A stretch of 64,000 nt of DNA. Source: Octopus sinensis. Lineage: Eukaryota. Each line of letters starts with the position of its first letter. Position 1 is the first letter of the stretch. The DNA is taken from positions 310,001 to 374,000 of the forward strand of contig NC_043019.1 in assembly GCF_006345805.1 (NCBI RefSeq). The letters run 5' to 3'. Shown piece after piece: positions 24,326 to 36,845 of this stretch. The position numbers and the translations under genes are program-made. The notes under the pieces are model-generated. The model was given only the letters and a program-made list of their open reading frames with translations, was not told the origin of the DNA and ran no database searches.

Positions 24326-24558
24326 TACCTATTTCTTTACTACCTACAAGGGGCTACACATAGAGGGTACAAACAAGGACAGACAGACGGATTAAGTTGA
24401 TTATATCGACCCCAGTGCGTAACTGGTACTTAATTTATCGACCCCGTAAGGATGAAACGCAAAGTCGACCTCGGCGGAATTTGAACTCAGAACGTAACGG
24501 CAGACGAAATACGGCTACGCATTTCGCCCGGCGTGCTAACGTTTCTGCTAGCTCACCT
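24326..24558 (-). mobile_element. SINE family A
   Basis: Reverse-complement full-length match. Confidence 0.85.
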
Positions 24559-24608
24559 TTTTTTTTACGGTGGTGGAGACGTCCTACGCTGCTGGTGTAT
24601 ATTAGCGT

Positions 24609-25098
24609 CGTCATGGCTGGATCAGGAACATGGTTGGCTGACTGGTCGTCTGTCGCTAGAACTGGAACATGGCTGAGTCGCTCGGTGGTCAGAGGTTAGT
24701 CCTGAAAAGGACTGGAACCTAAGACCGGTGTTGCTGGAACATGGTCTGTGGTCAGTGACTATACTTTAGAAAGTCTAGAGCCAAAGAATACCGTGTTAAG
24801 ATTCCGATGGTGTCCTTCGGAGCTAACATTTCAACTCAGCATTAGTTTACTCTAACAGTCATAACATTACTAAGATCTTAATTGAGATACGTTAATTGTC
24901 TCAAGTGATCTTATATGTTTCAGTGAACGAACGCAAGAATAGAACAAAACAGGACTTGAACCTCTGACTATCTAGATTATAGTTGAACACTCTTTCCCCT
25001 CGACTTTCTCATAATCAAAATGGCTGCTATTTTGACCGGTAGGCATTTTAAACGTGTGGCTGCTGCTTTGACTGGTAGGTTCTTCCATATACGTAACA
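24609..25098 (-). mobile_element. Possible solo-LTR remnant
   Basis: TGTTACG start on the minus strand and repeated GGAAC(A)TGG-like motifs; no clean TSD. Confidence 0.25.
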
Positions 25099-25960
25099 AA
25101 TGCCAAATCTCTCACAGAAGGATTTGAAATTAGAATTTTGTTCGAATTTTGTTCGATGCACTAACAATCTTGCTAAAACACTGTATTTTGTTTGTTAATA
25201 TTATCAGCGATAATAATAATACAACTCGGATAAAAACTCTAAATATAAAAAAAAAAACACAGCGAAAACGAAACAAGTAGACACATAGACCTTTCCACCT
25301 CTCTTCTTATCAGTCAGTACATACCTACATATGTGTATATACAAATATAATTGTGTGTATGTATGTATGTACATATATATTTATATATAATTGTATGTAA
25401 GTATATATATATATATATATACATACAATTGTATATGTACATATATACATATGTAAGTATATATATATATACATATATATATATACATATGAGTATATGT
25501 AAGTATATATATATATATATATATGTATGTAAATTGTGTATATACACATACATACATACAATTGTATATATACATATATACATATGTAGGTATATATATA
25601 TACATATATATACATATACATATATATATATATACATACATATGAGTATATGCAAGTATATATATATATATACGTGTAAATTGTGTGTGTGTATGTGCAT
25701 TTTCCAATTGATTCTACATTTAAATATATACGAAATAGATTCTATTTAGTGTCAAAATGAATTTTCCGCAATTAATTAGCTTTAAATAAATTGAGATTGA
25801 CAAATGAAATAGAAAGATAAAAATAATGACCGGACATACAAAATTATAAAATGAAAAAAAAAAAAAAAGAAAATAGAAAAGAACAGATGAAAATAAAATA
25901 GAATACAAACAATTACGGACAAAAAAAATAGTGGTGAGCGAGACAGAAAATAAAATTCAC

Positions 25961-26083
25961 CTTCAGATCAGCTGCAATTACTTTACTGTGACTGCTGTCG
26001 TTCTTAAATCTACCGAAGAATATTCCGCCATTGAAATAATTTACTCGTCCACCGTATGCCAACCTCAACTGACCATCGCCAAC
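25961..26083 (-). CDS. Exon 4 of M1 aminopeptidase: VGDGQLRLAYGGRVNYFNGGIFFGRFKNDSSHSKVIAADLK
   Basis: Acceptor ttttctattttag|, donor AAG|GTGAAT; 123 bp, phase 0-0, stop-free. Aligns with GTGTLKIDFVGELNDKMKGFYRSKY...AAVTQFE. Confidence 0.85.
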
Positions 26084-26959
26084 CTAAAATAGAAAAAAGT
26101 CGATGGGATTCATTGATTTCTTCATCATGGAATCGGTGTTTTTGGTAAAGGTGGGAAAGGTGAGCGAAAACGTAATAAATTGTTCAGCGATTTAACTAGA
26201 TTTAACTGAAATAAATTGCTATTGACTGCTGGTGGTAGGTACACAAATCACACACACACACACACATACGCATTTATATATACAGAAAAATCAATGGTAA
26301 TTATTTTGCCACAAAAGCTAGAATAAAATATTTACGTTTTAAGCAAATTTAAAATCGATGTAATCTTGACTTGTTTTCTCAAAATTCTTCAAATTAATTT
26401 TGTTCCCATCGATTGTATTAACAATAAATTTTTAATATCGAATATAAAAGCTGAAACTAATCCCTTTCTCCCTCTCTTTCTTTCACACACACACACTTTT
26501 AAAGTATACAAGTATATGTATGTGTGTTCATGTATGTGTGTTCATGTATGTGTGTTCATATATATATATATATTTTTTATTCAATGCTTATCTACATAAA
26601 TGTACGCACGCATATACATTAGTTTTTGTGAGTATGCGTGTCTCTAGGTCGGTAGCCAAAAGAAAGAAAAGTCTGCTCAACATTTATAGAAAGTAAATAT
26701 TTGTATCAAAAGTTTTGGAATTTAAGTTTGTATTACTTAGATTTACACTGACGTCTAAGCACTCTTGGTTAATCAAATTCTTTTGATAACATCTGAACAA
26801 TGAGGCATGTTTTTACACAATGGATATGCTTCCTATACAAAATAGAAAACAAGCTTCTGTCACCTTGCACTCACCAAACGAAATTCATTTTAAGAGATGA
26901 CCTGAACTTCAAACAAAGAGATGACCTGAACTTCGATAAGGAGCCAGGGAAGACAACAA

Positions 26960-27197
26960 TACCTATTTCTTTAGTACCCACAAGGGGCTAAACATAGAGA
27001 AGACAAAAAAGGACAGACAAAGATATTAAGTCAATTACATCGACCTCAGTGCGTAACTGGTACTTAATTTATCGACCCCGAAAGGATGAAAGGCAAAGTC
27101 GACCACGGCGGAATTTGAACTCAGAACGTAACGGCAGACGAAATACTGCTTAGCATTTCGCCCGGCGTGCTAACGTTTCTGCCAGCTCACCGCCTTC
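26960..27197 (-). mobile_element. SINE family A
   Basis: Reverse-complement full-length match, abutting a family B head. Confidence 0.85.
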
Positions 27198-28200
27198 CTT
27201 TTTTGGAGCAACGTGAAATGAAGTGTTTTGCTCAAGAACACAACGCGTGGCCCGGTCCAGGAATCGAAACCAGAATCTTACGATCATGGTGCTGGCACCC
27301 AAACCAGTAAGTCACGCGCCTCCACAGTGGGAAGATAACAATACACTAACAACAAACTACAAAAACCCAAACAAATACATGTAAATAGGATGAGAGCACA
27401 CAAGATTGAAAACGTCATAACAAAATGCAAACAACCAAAAGAGCATATCAAAATATTAATTACACCTATCACATCAAACATTAATAATTTAGTAAGAACT
27501 GTAGCCAGTTATACAAGTATACACACACATATACTAGAAAAAGTGGCTTAGGAAGGAAATATTTAAATATAGACATGCACGCATAAACATGTGTATATGC
27601 ATGTATACACCCATACAGGTCTTCATGTGAGAACGTTTACGCATATACGCATGTATAGTTAAGAAAGTTGTGTTCTATTTCAATATGCAATTCTAACTGG
27701 TTTCAGTTATCAATCTATCTGAATGTACGTACGTATATAAATGCGTAATAAACGCAACAGTACAGGACTTAGTAAATTAATTTGGTATCTAAAAAACAAT
27801 AATACACAATTTAATTTAGATTGGTTGATTCTCTCTATTTCATTCCCTTATGATAAAGGCAAAGAATTCTGCCAATTCTGTAATACTGAACTATTTTGTA
27901 TTCTTTTTTTCTAAGAATATCCTTGTAGACACGTTCATATAGCGTGCTTATCATTGGCAGAATTGATTTTCTTCTTACATTTCACTTCCACTCGATATAT
28001 CTATTTCCAAGCTTTTAAGCTTTTATTTAATTCACATATCGCTCCATATTTCTCATTTATTAGTTTTCTGCTTATTTCTTTCCTTTAACCCTCCTCTTTC
28101 TATACGCTAACTGTTTAAAAAAAACTTAATAGCATTCCGTTCATCATTATACACATCCATCCCATTCTGTTAAAATGTCTTATTAATGAGTTTGGTTTAT

Positions 28201-28299
28201 TTCTTTCTTTCCCTGATGAGAGGATTACATTGTTTTAGACCGCTTTATCCCTTTGGAAAACCAATGTTGTCTTCGAAACATATGTTGGAAATGAAAGAA
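28201..28299 (+). ncRNA. Type I hammerhead ribozyme (Penelope-type)
   Basis: Stem I TTCTTTCTTTCC / GGAAA(T)GAAAGAA; core CTGATGA (28213-19); long stem II GAGGAT..ACATTG / CAATGT..GTCTTC; GAAAC; palindromic stem III AC-ATAT-GT; NUH triplet GTT. Confidence 0.75.
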
Positions 28300-28384
28300 T
28301 TTGAATAATACCTGCGTTCAACTCCATTTATTTATTTATATATATGTGTATATATATGTATATATATATATGTGTATATATGTA

Positions 28385-28426
<42 letters not shown>

Positions 28427-28647
28427 TGTGTATATATATATATGTGTGTATATATATATATGTGTGTATATATATATATATGTATATATATATATGTGTG
28501 TGTGTAAGAGTTCGACTTTACATTTCATCCTTTCGGGGTCAATAAATTAAGTACCAGTTGCACACTGGCGTCGATCTAATCAACTGGCCCTCTGCGCCCA
28601 AAACTTTGGGCCTTGTGCCTAGAGTAGAAAAGATTTTATAATTTTAA

Positions 28648-29172
28648 GGCGGGGAGCTGGCAGAAACGTTAGCACGCCGGGCAAAATGCATAGCCGTATT
28701 TCGTCTGCCGTTACGTTCTGAGTTCAAATTCCGCCGAGGTCGACTTTCCCTTTCATTCTTTCAGGGTCGATAAATTAAGTACCAGTTACGCACTGGGGTC
28801 GATATAATCAACTTAATCCGTTTGTCTGTCCTTGTTTGTCCTCTCTGTGTTTAGCCCCTTGTAGGTAGTAAAGAAATAGGTATTTCTCCTGTCATTACGT
28901 TCTGAGTTAAATTCCGCCGAGGTCGACTTTCCCTTTCATCCTTTCGGGGTCAATAAATTAAGTACCAGTTACGCACTGGGGTCGATATAATCAACTTAAT
29001 CCGTTTGTCTGTCCTTGTTTGCTCTCTCTCTCTGTGTTTAGCCCCTTGTAGGTAGTAAAGAAATAGGTATTTCTTCTGTCATTACGTTCTGAGTTAAATT
29101 CCGCCGAGGTCGACTTTGCCTTTCATCCTTTCGGGGTCTATAAATTAAGTACCAGTTGCGTACAGAGGTCGA
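28648..29172 (+). mobile_element. SINE family A with about two extra tandem 3' units
   Basis: Junctions AAAGAAATAGGTATTTC near 28875 and 29065. Confidence 0.85.
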
Positions 29173-29356
29173 TCTAATCGAATGGCCCCTCTCCAAAAAT
29201 TTCGCATGTTGTACGTAGCGAACAAAAGAATATATTTTCTAAGTAGCTCTTTACTCAAAAATGAACTGTGAATTTAGGAAATTTTACTTGGCGCTTATTT
29301 TTTTATGTTATGATAATTTCCCTCCGCAGTTTTATTGCTCCTAAATTGATTAGAAT

Positions 29357-29677
29357 GAGGGCGCGTGGCTTAGTGGTTAGGGCATTCGGCTCATGATCGT
29401 AAGGTTGTGAGTTCGATTCCCGGCGATGCGTTGTGCCCTTGAGCAAGACACTTTATTTCACGTTGCTCCAGTCCACTCAGCTGGCAAAAATGAGTTGTAC
29501 TTGTATTTCAAAGGGTCAGCCTTGTCACTCTCTGTGTCACGCTGATTATCCCCGAGAACTACGTTAAGGGTACACGTGTCTGTGGAATGCTCAGCCATTT
29601 GCACGTTAATTTCACGAGCAAGCTGTTCCGTTGATCGTATCAGCTGGGACCCTCGTCGTCGTAACCGGCGGAGTCTT
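29357..29677 (+). mobile_element. SINE family B variant
   Basis: Near-identical to 16888-17210. Confidence 0.82.
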
Positions 29678-30763
29678 TTTTTAAAATTGATTAGATATTT
29701 TCGCTTTTAAGTACATCTTAACAGCACTGCTATAATTTCAGCTTAATTAAAACTAATTCTTTAATTATTATAATCCTTTAGAATTTGTCATAATTCAGCT
29801 TACACACGATCTGGGAAACGAAACAATGAAACAGAAAGAAAAAAAAAACAAGTGGTAATTAAAATAAATTGACAATGTATAGAAATATTTAATTGATATT
29901 TTTTTGTACCTGTCATAAACAAGATTCCAGCTTGCTAATTATTTATCTCTCAAATAATAATTAAGTCCGTTCCAAAAATATTTAACCTTAAAGTGGGTGT
30001 GTGTTCATCACGGAAAATTTCGTATTCCTGTTATGTCGTGGAGTTTGTTGTTTGATAGTGGTTAGGGTGTTGAACTCATGATCGTAAGGTTGTGGTTTCG
30101 ATTCCTGGACCGGGCAATGCGTTGTGTTCTTGAGCAAAACAACTTCATTTTCACGTTGCTCCAGTCCACTCAGCTAGCAAAAATGAGTAATCCTGCGACG
30201 GACCGGCGCCCCGTCCAGCTGGGGAATTTCTACGCCACTCAAACCTGGAAACCGGCCGTTATGAGCCTGGCATGGCTCAAGAAGGAACATGATCAAAGAC
30301 ATTCCTGCCGTAACAGTTCCATCCTTATAGTTCTGTACAGGACTACAATAGTCAATGCGTCTTTCGCTTATCTAAGCTGGTTGGGTGTTCATCTTGGAAA
30401 ATTTCACATTTCTGTTTGTGCCGTTGAGTTTGTTGTAGTCCAAATTCAGTATATCTATGATCAAAGACATTCCAGCCATGATAGTTCCATAGGACTACAA
30501 TAGCCAATGTGTCTTTCATTTAAATAAGCTTGTCGGGTGTAATTTGAAGGAGATTTGGCTACTATTTTCTGGCAGGTCAATCGACAACATAGAAGCTGTA
30601 TTTGATGAACAAGTGGTTATTTATGTCTGTTCTGTGTAAAGTGTCGGCCACTTATTCAAGCCGGTCAGGTTTGGTTTGAAGGAGATTTACCTACTATTTC
30701 TAGCTGGTCAAGCAAACACGTAGAAACGCTATTTGAGGAATAAGTTACTACTATTTTTGTTCT

Positions 30764-31082
30764 GGCCTGGTCTGGTTCTCCGTCTGTTTCGGCGACGAGT
30801 GTTCCAGCTGATACAATCAACGGAACTGCCTGCTCCTGAAACTAATGTGTAAATAATTGAACACTTCACAGACACGCGTACCCTTAACGCACTTCTCAGG
30901 GAGATTAGCGTGACAAGGCTGGCCACTTGAATTACAGGTACAACCGATTATTGCCAACTGAGTTAACTGGAGCAACGGGAAATAAAGTGTCTTGCTCAAG
31001 AACTCAACGCACCGCCGGGATTCAAACTCACAAGCTTATGATCTTGAGCCGAATACCATAACCACGAAGCAACGCGCCTTCG
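30764..31082 (-). mobile_element. SINE family B variant, diverged
   Basis: Reverse match, flanked by CTATTTTTGTTCT at 30751 and 31083. Confidence 0.78.
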
Positions 31083-31096
31083 CTATTTTTGTTCTA

Positions 31097-31478
31097 GTGG
31101 AGGCGCAATGGCCCAGTGGTTAGGGCAGCGAACTCGCGGTCATAGGATCGCGGTTTCGATTCCCAGACCGGGCGTTGTGAGTGTTTATTGAGCGAAAACA
31201 CCTAAAGCTCCACGATACTCCGGCAGGGATGATGGTGATCCCTGCTGTACTCTTTCGCCACAACTTTCTCTCACTCTTACTTCCTGTTTCTGTTGTACCT
31301 GTATTTCAAAGGGCCGGCCTTGTCACTCTCTGTGTCACGCTTTATCCCCAAGATACTACGTTAAGGGTACACGTGTCTGTGGAGTGCTCAGCCACTTACA
31401 CGTTAATTTCACGAGCAGGCTGTTCCGTTGATTCGGATCAACCGGAACCCTCGTCGTCGTAACCGACGGAGAGCTTCC
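31097..31478 (+). mobile_element. SINE family B
   Basis: TSD ATTTTTGTTCTA at 31085-31096 and 31479-31490. Confidence 0.88.
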
Positions 31479-31781
31479 ATTTTTGTTCTATGCAGGACTA
31501 CAATACCTGACGTGTCTCAGTTATCTAAGAGACTTTTCGGCATGCATAGAAAAACTCATGTCCAGGTCTGGTTATCGCAGATTATCTGTAGGCTAAAATT
31601 TAAGTTTTTTTATTGACAGTCGTTCGGTGATACACGGGTAAAGTGATTCATATCCTTCTACCAAATTGTGACTGTTAAGAATCAAGACACTGCAGGATAC
31701 GTCAGGATAAAATATCTTATGGACGTGTTGCGTTAATGACCAAATGGACTGCACAGTGAAGTGGAAAAGGATGTTACTTAC

Positions 31782-31861
31782 GTTGAGTTCGTACGGGAAT
31801 TTCAACGCGGCAGTTTCTGTTCCTTCGTTGATGATGACTTCAGCTTTTTGTTGTAACATAT
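31782..31861 (-). CDS. Exon 3 of M1 aminopeptidase: (D)[26 protein letters not shown]
   Basis: Acceptor ttttgtcgtag|, donor AAC|GTAAGT; 80 bp, phase 1 to 0. Resembles NPEPPS NEDEKVTLSFPSTLQ. Confidence 0.85.
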
Positions 31862-31914
31862 CTACGACAAAAGGTCAACATTGTGTGTTTATATGAAGTG
31901 CAAAAAAAAAAATA

Positions 31915-32237
<323 letters not shown>

Positions 32238-32450
32238 TATATATATATATATATATAGGGAGAGTTTACGAAAGAAACAACAAACGACGAAGACAGGTGG
32301 CGTACAAAACAAAAAGATGCATTAGTATAACGCTCAGGAATAGAAAAAGTCTTTTACGTTTCGAGCCTATGCTCTTCTACAGAAAGGGACACAGAAAAAC
32401 AAGGAGAGAAAAAAATATGTGTAGTGGCTAACGATCTATCATGGTGACTA
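32238..32450 (-). repeat. Penelope-terminus-like dispersed repeat with a minimal hammerhead-like motif
   Basis: Second copy at 33134-33330 and a diverged copy at 57550-57690. Confidence 0.6.
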
Positions 32451-32471
32451 TATAATATATATATATATATA

Positions 32472-32850
32472 TCTCTATATAAACGGCAGTTTGTCTGTGC
32501 GCTTTCTGTGTGTCTGTTTTCTCGTACCCTCACTCTGACCACGGCTTTCAACCGATTCTGATGAAACTTGACACACACATAGCCCAATGTCATAATTCAA
32601 AACTAACGCAGCGAAAATTTTGAAAAGTTCCCCCAGTTCTGAAAAAAATCGATAAATTCGACATGGGGTCGAGAATCAGAAACCCAAACCACAGACCGTC
32701 TAGGGGACGCAACTCCACCTTTTTTAACTCTCAAAAAATTTTACCATCATTTTTCCCCCATTTTTTTGCTATTTTTTGGCTATAACTCTCTAAAAATGCT
32801 TTATAGTTATTTCCCTTACAAACCTGAGCAACGCCGGGCGATACTGCTAG
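32472..32850 (+). mobile_element. Non-autonomous Helitron
   Basis: A|TC start, CTAG|T end, subterminal CGCCGGGCG hairpin, no TSD. Confidence 0.85.
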
Positions 32851-33100
32851 TATATATATTATATATATATTATATATATATTATAATTGATTTTGATATA
32901 ATCATAATTGTTAAGTTTTAAGTTTCTAGTTTGATAATAGAGTTTATTATAAGTAAAATCACTATATTATTTATATCTTAAAAATATTGTTTAAATATTT
33001 CTGATTATTTTTAAAATATTTCAATTAACCTGAAGATTGACTGTAACCATAACTCGAATTATTAATTGAATTTAAATTATATATATATATATTATTAAAT

Positions 33101-33137
<37 letters not shown>

Positions 33138-33521
33138 AGAGTTACGAAAAAAACAAAAGACGAAGGCAGGTGGTGTACAAACAAACAGATGTATTAGTAT
33201 AGCGCTCAGGAATAGAAAAAGTCTTTTACGGTTCGAGCCTACGCTCTTCTACAGAAAGGGACACAGAAAAAACAAGGAGACAAACGAGGAGAGAAAAAAA
33301 TTTGTGCATTGGCTAACGATCTATCATGGCATCTGACTCAGACTATATATATATCTTCGATTAGGTACGTGTTTTCGTGCCAATGAAATATTGAGTAATC
33401 GCAACTCCGGGTCAGTCCTACAATAGGCTGGTGTTATTTTTTCGTTGAAGAATGGTCCTTGTACTCTGAGTCGCTCAAAAAACGCATCAGAACTCGGATA
33501 AATTTCTGCTTCACGAACCTC

Positions 33522-33578
<57 letters not shown>

Positions 33579-33824
33579 GTTGTCTTACGCTGTTCATAAT
33601 TCCAGCTCTCCTTTAAAGCAATTTTGCTAGGACCATTTAAATATGAAGAAATAGAATTCTTTGTTGTTGGAATTTATTCCAATTTCCACCAGACCCGTAT
33701 CGGGTGCTGTGACAAAAAAGCTTTCTTTCTCACTAATTCACACTCTCACACACACTAAATCAAGCGGTATCTGCTTTGGATGATACTACGCTTTTGTTAG
33801 GGATTAATTCAAAGAATTACTTAC

Positions 33825-33900
33825 CAACGCCTGTGAAGTGAGCATCTTTGAAGAACAGATCTTTAGCCTTGAGTTCAATAAACTGCGTCGGTTGCTCAAC
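33825..33900 (-). CDS. Exon 2 of M1 aminopeptidase: VEQPTQFIELKAKDLFFKDAHFTGV(D)
   Basis: Acceptor ctcttactctcag|, donor G|GTAAGT; 76 bp, phase 0 to 1. Aligns with NPEPPS VRQATNQIVMNCADIDI. Confidence 0.85.
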
Positions 33901-34214
33901 CTGAGAGTAAGAGCAGAAGAGATATATCAAGTTTCTGTGGGCTAATCCTTTCATGGTTTATTAACCCCTTCTTAGACGACAACCTGGTTCCCTTCCCCGA
34001 TCAATACTTTCTATCTTTGATTCGTTTCTGTTATTTGATTGCAGCCACACTGGGGCGGCTGTGTGGTAAGTAGCTTGCTTACGAACCACATGGTTCCGGG
34101 CTCAGTCCCACTGCGTGGCACCTTGGGCAAGTGTCTTCAACTATAGCCTCGGGTCGACCAAAGCCTTGTGAGTGGATTTGGGAGACGGAAACTGAAAGAA
34201 GCCCGTCGTATATA

Positions 34215-34259
<45 letters not shown>

Positions 34260-34289
34260 ACAGCAGCAATTTTATTCAGGTGAATGCAC

Positions 34290-34480
34290 GTCATTGATTG
34301 GTTGAAATTACCGAAATACGACGAATTTAAGACGAAATAACTTTGAAAATACAAACTGTACTCGACAACACTAAGAATTAAAGATTTTTTATATGACACA
34401 TTCTACCAGTGTCCGAAGTTTGAAAGTGTTTAGTTACAAAAAATTAATTTCTCGATCTGCCGTTCAAACCGAAAAGATCC
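34290..34480. mobile_element. Partial related MITE (one TIR)
   Basis: Ends CTGCCGTTCAAACCGAAAAGATCC; interior is diverged. Confidence 0.6.
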
Positions 34481-35237
34481 GAAAAGATAAATTTTATTTT
34501 CCATTCAAAAGAATTAGCAAAAATTCTACCTGTGAACGCAACCCTAGTATGTAATTTCAAGGAACTTCAAAATATAAATTTATGATCCAAACCAAAAAGA
34601 AAAACAAAAGATGAATCAGATATTTATGATTTATATTCCAGTTTTTGATAAAAAAACCCCCAACTTATCTTAATATCTATCTATTACTCATGAAATGTAT
34701 TTTATTTTCTCCGAATTCTAACATCAAAGGACATTTTTGCAGTTATATTCGTCCGTACATTACTATATTATGCTTTGTTTAAGTAACACGCTCTGGTAAA
34801 AGTATATTGGTTTGAAATTTCGGCACAAAGCAAGTTCGAGGAAAGAGCCAGATCGATTACATCGACCCCAGTGTTCAACTGGTACCTATTTTATCGACTC
34901 CGAAAGGAAGGAAGGCAAAGTCGACTTCGGTGGTGTGGTAGAAATATTCTGAAATATTCTGAAATATTCTGACAATGTTCTTTATTCCTTACAAAACAAA
35001 GCTATAAAAAAGAAGAAAAAAACGGGAAGGGTTCGCCTTATCCTGCTAGAAATAATAGCCGAATCATCTCCAAATGACAATCAATCATCTATAATTAAAA
35101 ATTGCCAAATGACACGTAAGATAGTGTTATCGTAATAAGACTGCCCGAACAAATGACATGAAGATTACAACTGGGATTGCTTTAAATATAAATACATTTT
35201 CTAAGCGCTGATCCGGGGGTCTAAACAACAACAGCAA

Positions 35238-35445
35238 GTGGAGGCGCAATGGCCCGATGGTTAGGGCAGCGGACTCGCGGTCGGAGGATCGCGGTTTCAA
35301 TTCCCAGACCGGGCGTTGTGTGAGTTTATTGAGCAAAAACACCTAAAGCTCCACGAGACTCTGGCAGGGGTTTGTGGCGACCCCTGTTGTACTCTTTCGC
35401 TCCAACTTTCTCTCACTATTTCTTCCTGTTTTCTTGTCCCCGATT
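35238..35445 (+). mobile_element. SINE family B, 5' part
   Basis: Head matches 1192 and 31097. Confidence 0.75.
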
Positions 35446-35732
35446 TACTACGCAACCGCTGAGCCTGGATGCGCATTCATCCATCCATCCATCCATCGAT
35501 GCTCTCGGTGTCGGGGGTTGACCTGCTTTCTCTTCTGCGGGTCTTACGAATAGCAAAGGACAACGTTTCGGACTTCTCCCATCTTGCGAGCTCTGGGACG
35601 GAGACCGTTCGCTCAACAGCAACAGCAACAGCATCAACAACAACAACAAGAAGTATGACAATCTTAACCCTTTACCTGTCCTGTGTTTCACATATTATAC
35701 ACAGGGCATGTTTCCATGGCATCCATGTATCA

Positions 35733-36115
35733 TCTCTCTCTATATAAACGGCAGTTTGTCTGTGCGTGTTTCTGTGTGTCTGTTAGGTTGTACCCTCACC
35801 CTGACCACAGCTTTCAACCGATTCTGATGAAACTTGACACACACATAGCCCAATGTCATAATTCAAAACTAACGCAGCGAAAATTTTGAAAAGTTCCCCC
35901 AGTTCTGAAAAAAATCGATAAATTCGACATGGGGTCGAGAATCAGAAACACAAACCGCAAACTATCTAGGGGACGCAACTCCACCTTTTTTAACTAAAAA
36001 ATAAATTTACCATAATTTTTTTCCATTTTTTTGCTATTTTTTGGCTATAACTCTCTAAAAATGCTTTATAGTTATTTCCCTTACAAACCTGAGCAAGGCC
36101 GGGCGATACTGCTAG
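35733..36115 (+). mobile_element. Non-autonomous Helitron, second copy
   Basis: Closely similar to 32472-32850. A 3' end of the same type also occurs at 37501-37530. Confidence 0.85.
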
Positions 36116-36276
36116 TATACAATACATATGATTCCTGTTTTATTTCAACCACTAGAGTAATTTGGGATTTAGGAAAAGCAATGCTTTATTTTAATCAGAA
36201 CGTATGATTAAATGTAATACATTAAACATATTTCCCAGACGTTAAGACATCATAAATGTTAAACATTTTCAATTTT

Positions 36277-36845
36277 GGATCTTTTCGGTTTGAACGGCAG
36301 TTTTTTCTAGCGGTGTCATATAATTAAAAACATCTATAATTAAAAACTGCCAAATGACACGTAAGATATTGTTATCGTAATAAGACTCTGCCCGAACAAA
36401 TGACATGAAGATTACAACTGGGATTGCTTTAAATATAAATGCATTTTCTAAGCGCTGATCCGGGGTCACCCATAATTATGACCCTAGTATCGATCTATTG
36501 CATTTCAATCTCTTTTAGGGTTAGAGTTAGTTAGAGTTAGGGTTAGGGGTGGGGTGAAGGGTATCTTTTTTCTTCAGAAATGTAAATAAACCCAATCTGT
36601 TTCTTAAATGAGGGACATATTCATACGGCACAGAATGCTTTTTACCTCAATAGACGTCATTGATTGGTTGGAATTGCAGAAATTGAAGAAAAAAACAACA
36701 AATATCTTACAAACTATAGAATTTTCTCAATAAAGCCAAGAGAAAAAGATGTTTTATGAACACATTCTACCAGTATACGAAGTTTAAAAGTGTTTAGTTA
36801 CGTGGAAATTATTTTAAAAAACTGCCGGTCAAACAGAAAAGATCC
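36277..36845. mobile_element. Same MITE family, carrying a ~140 bp captured insert
   Basis: TIRs; TSD TCAATTTT (36269-36276, 36846-36853). The insert matches 35086-35220. Confidence 0.92.

Noticed and set aside
25314-25749. YI/IY, poly-I, poly-L and poly-N ORFs across the window
   Set aside because: Translations of (TA)n, (TAA)n and (TATC)n microsatellites.
31593-31781. Extension of exon 3 along the 88-aa ORF
   Set aside because: A perfect GTAAGT donor at 31781 is phase-compatible with exon 4; nearby acceptors give stops in the required phase.
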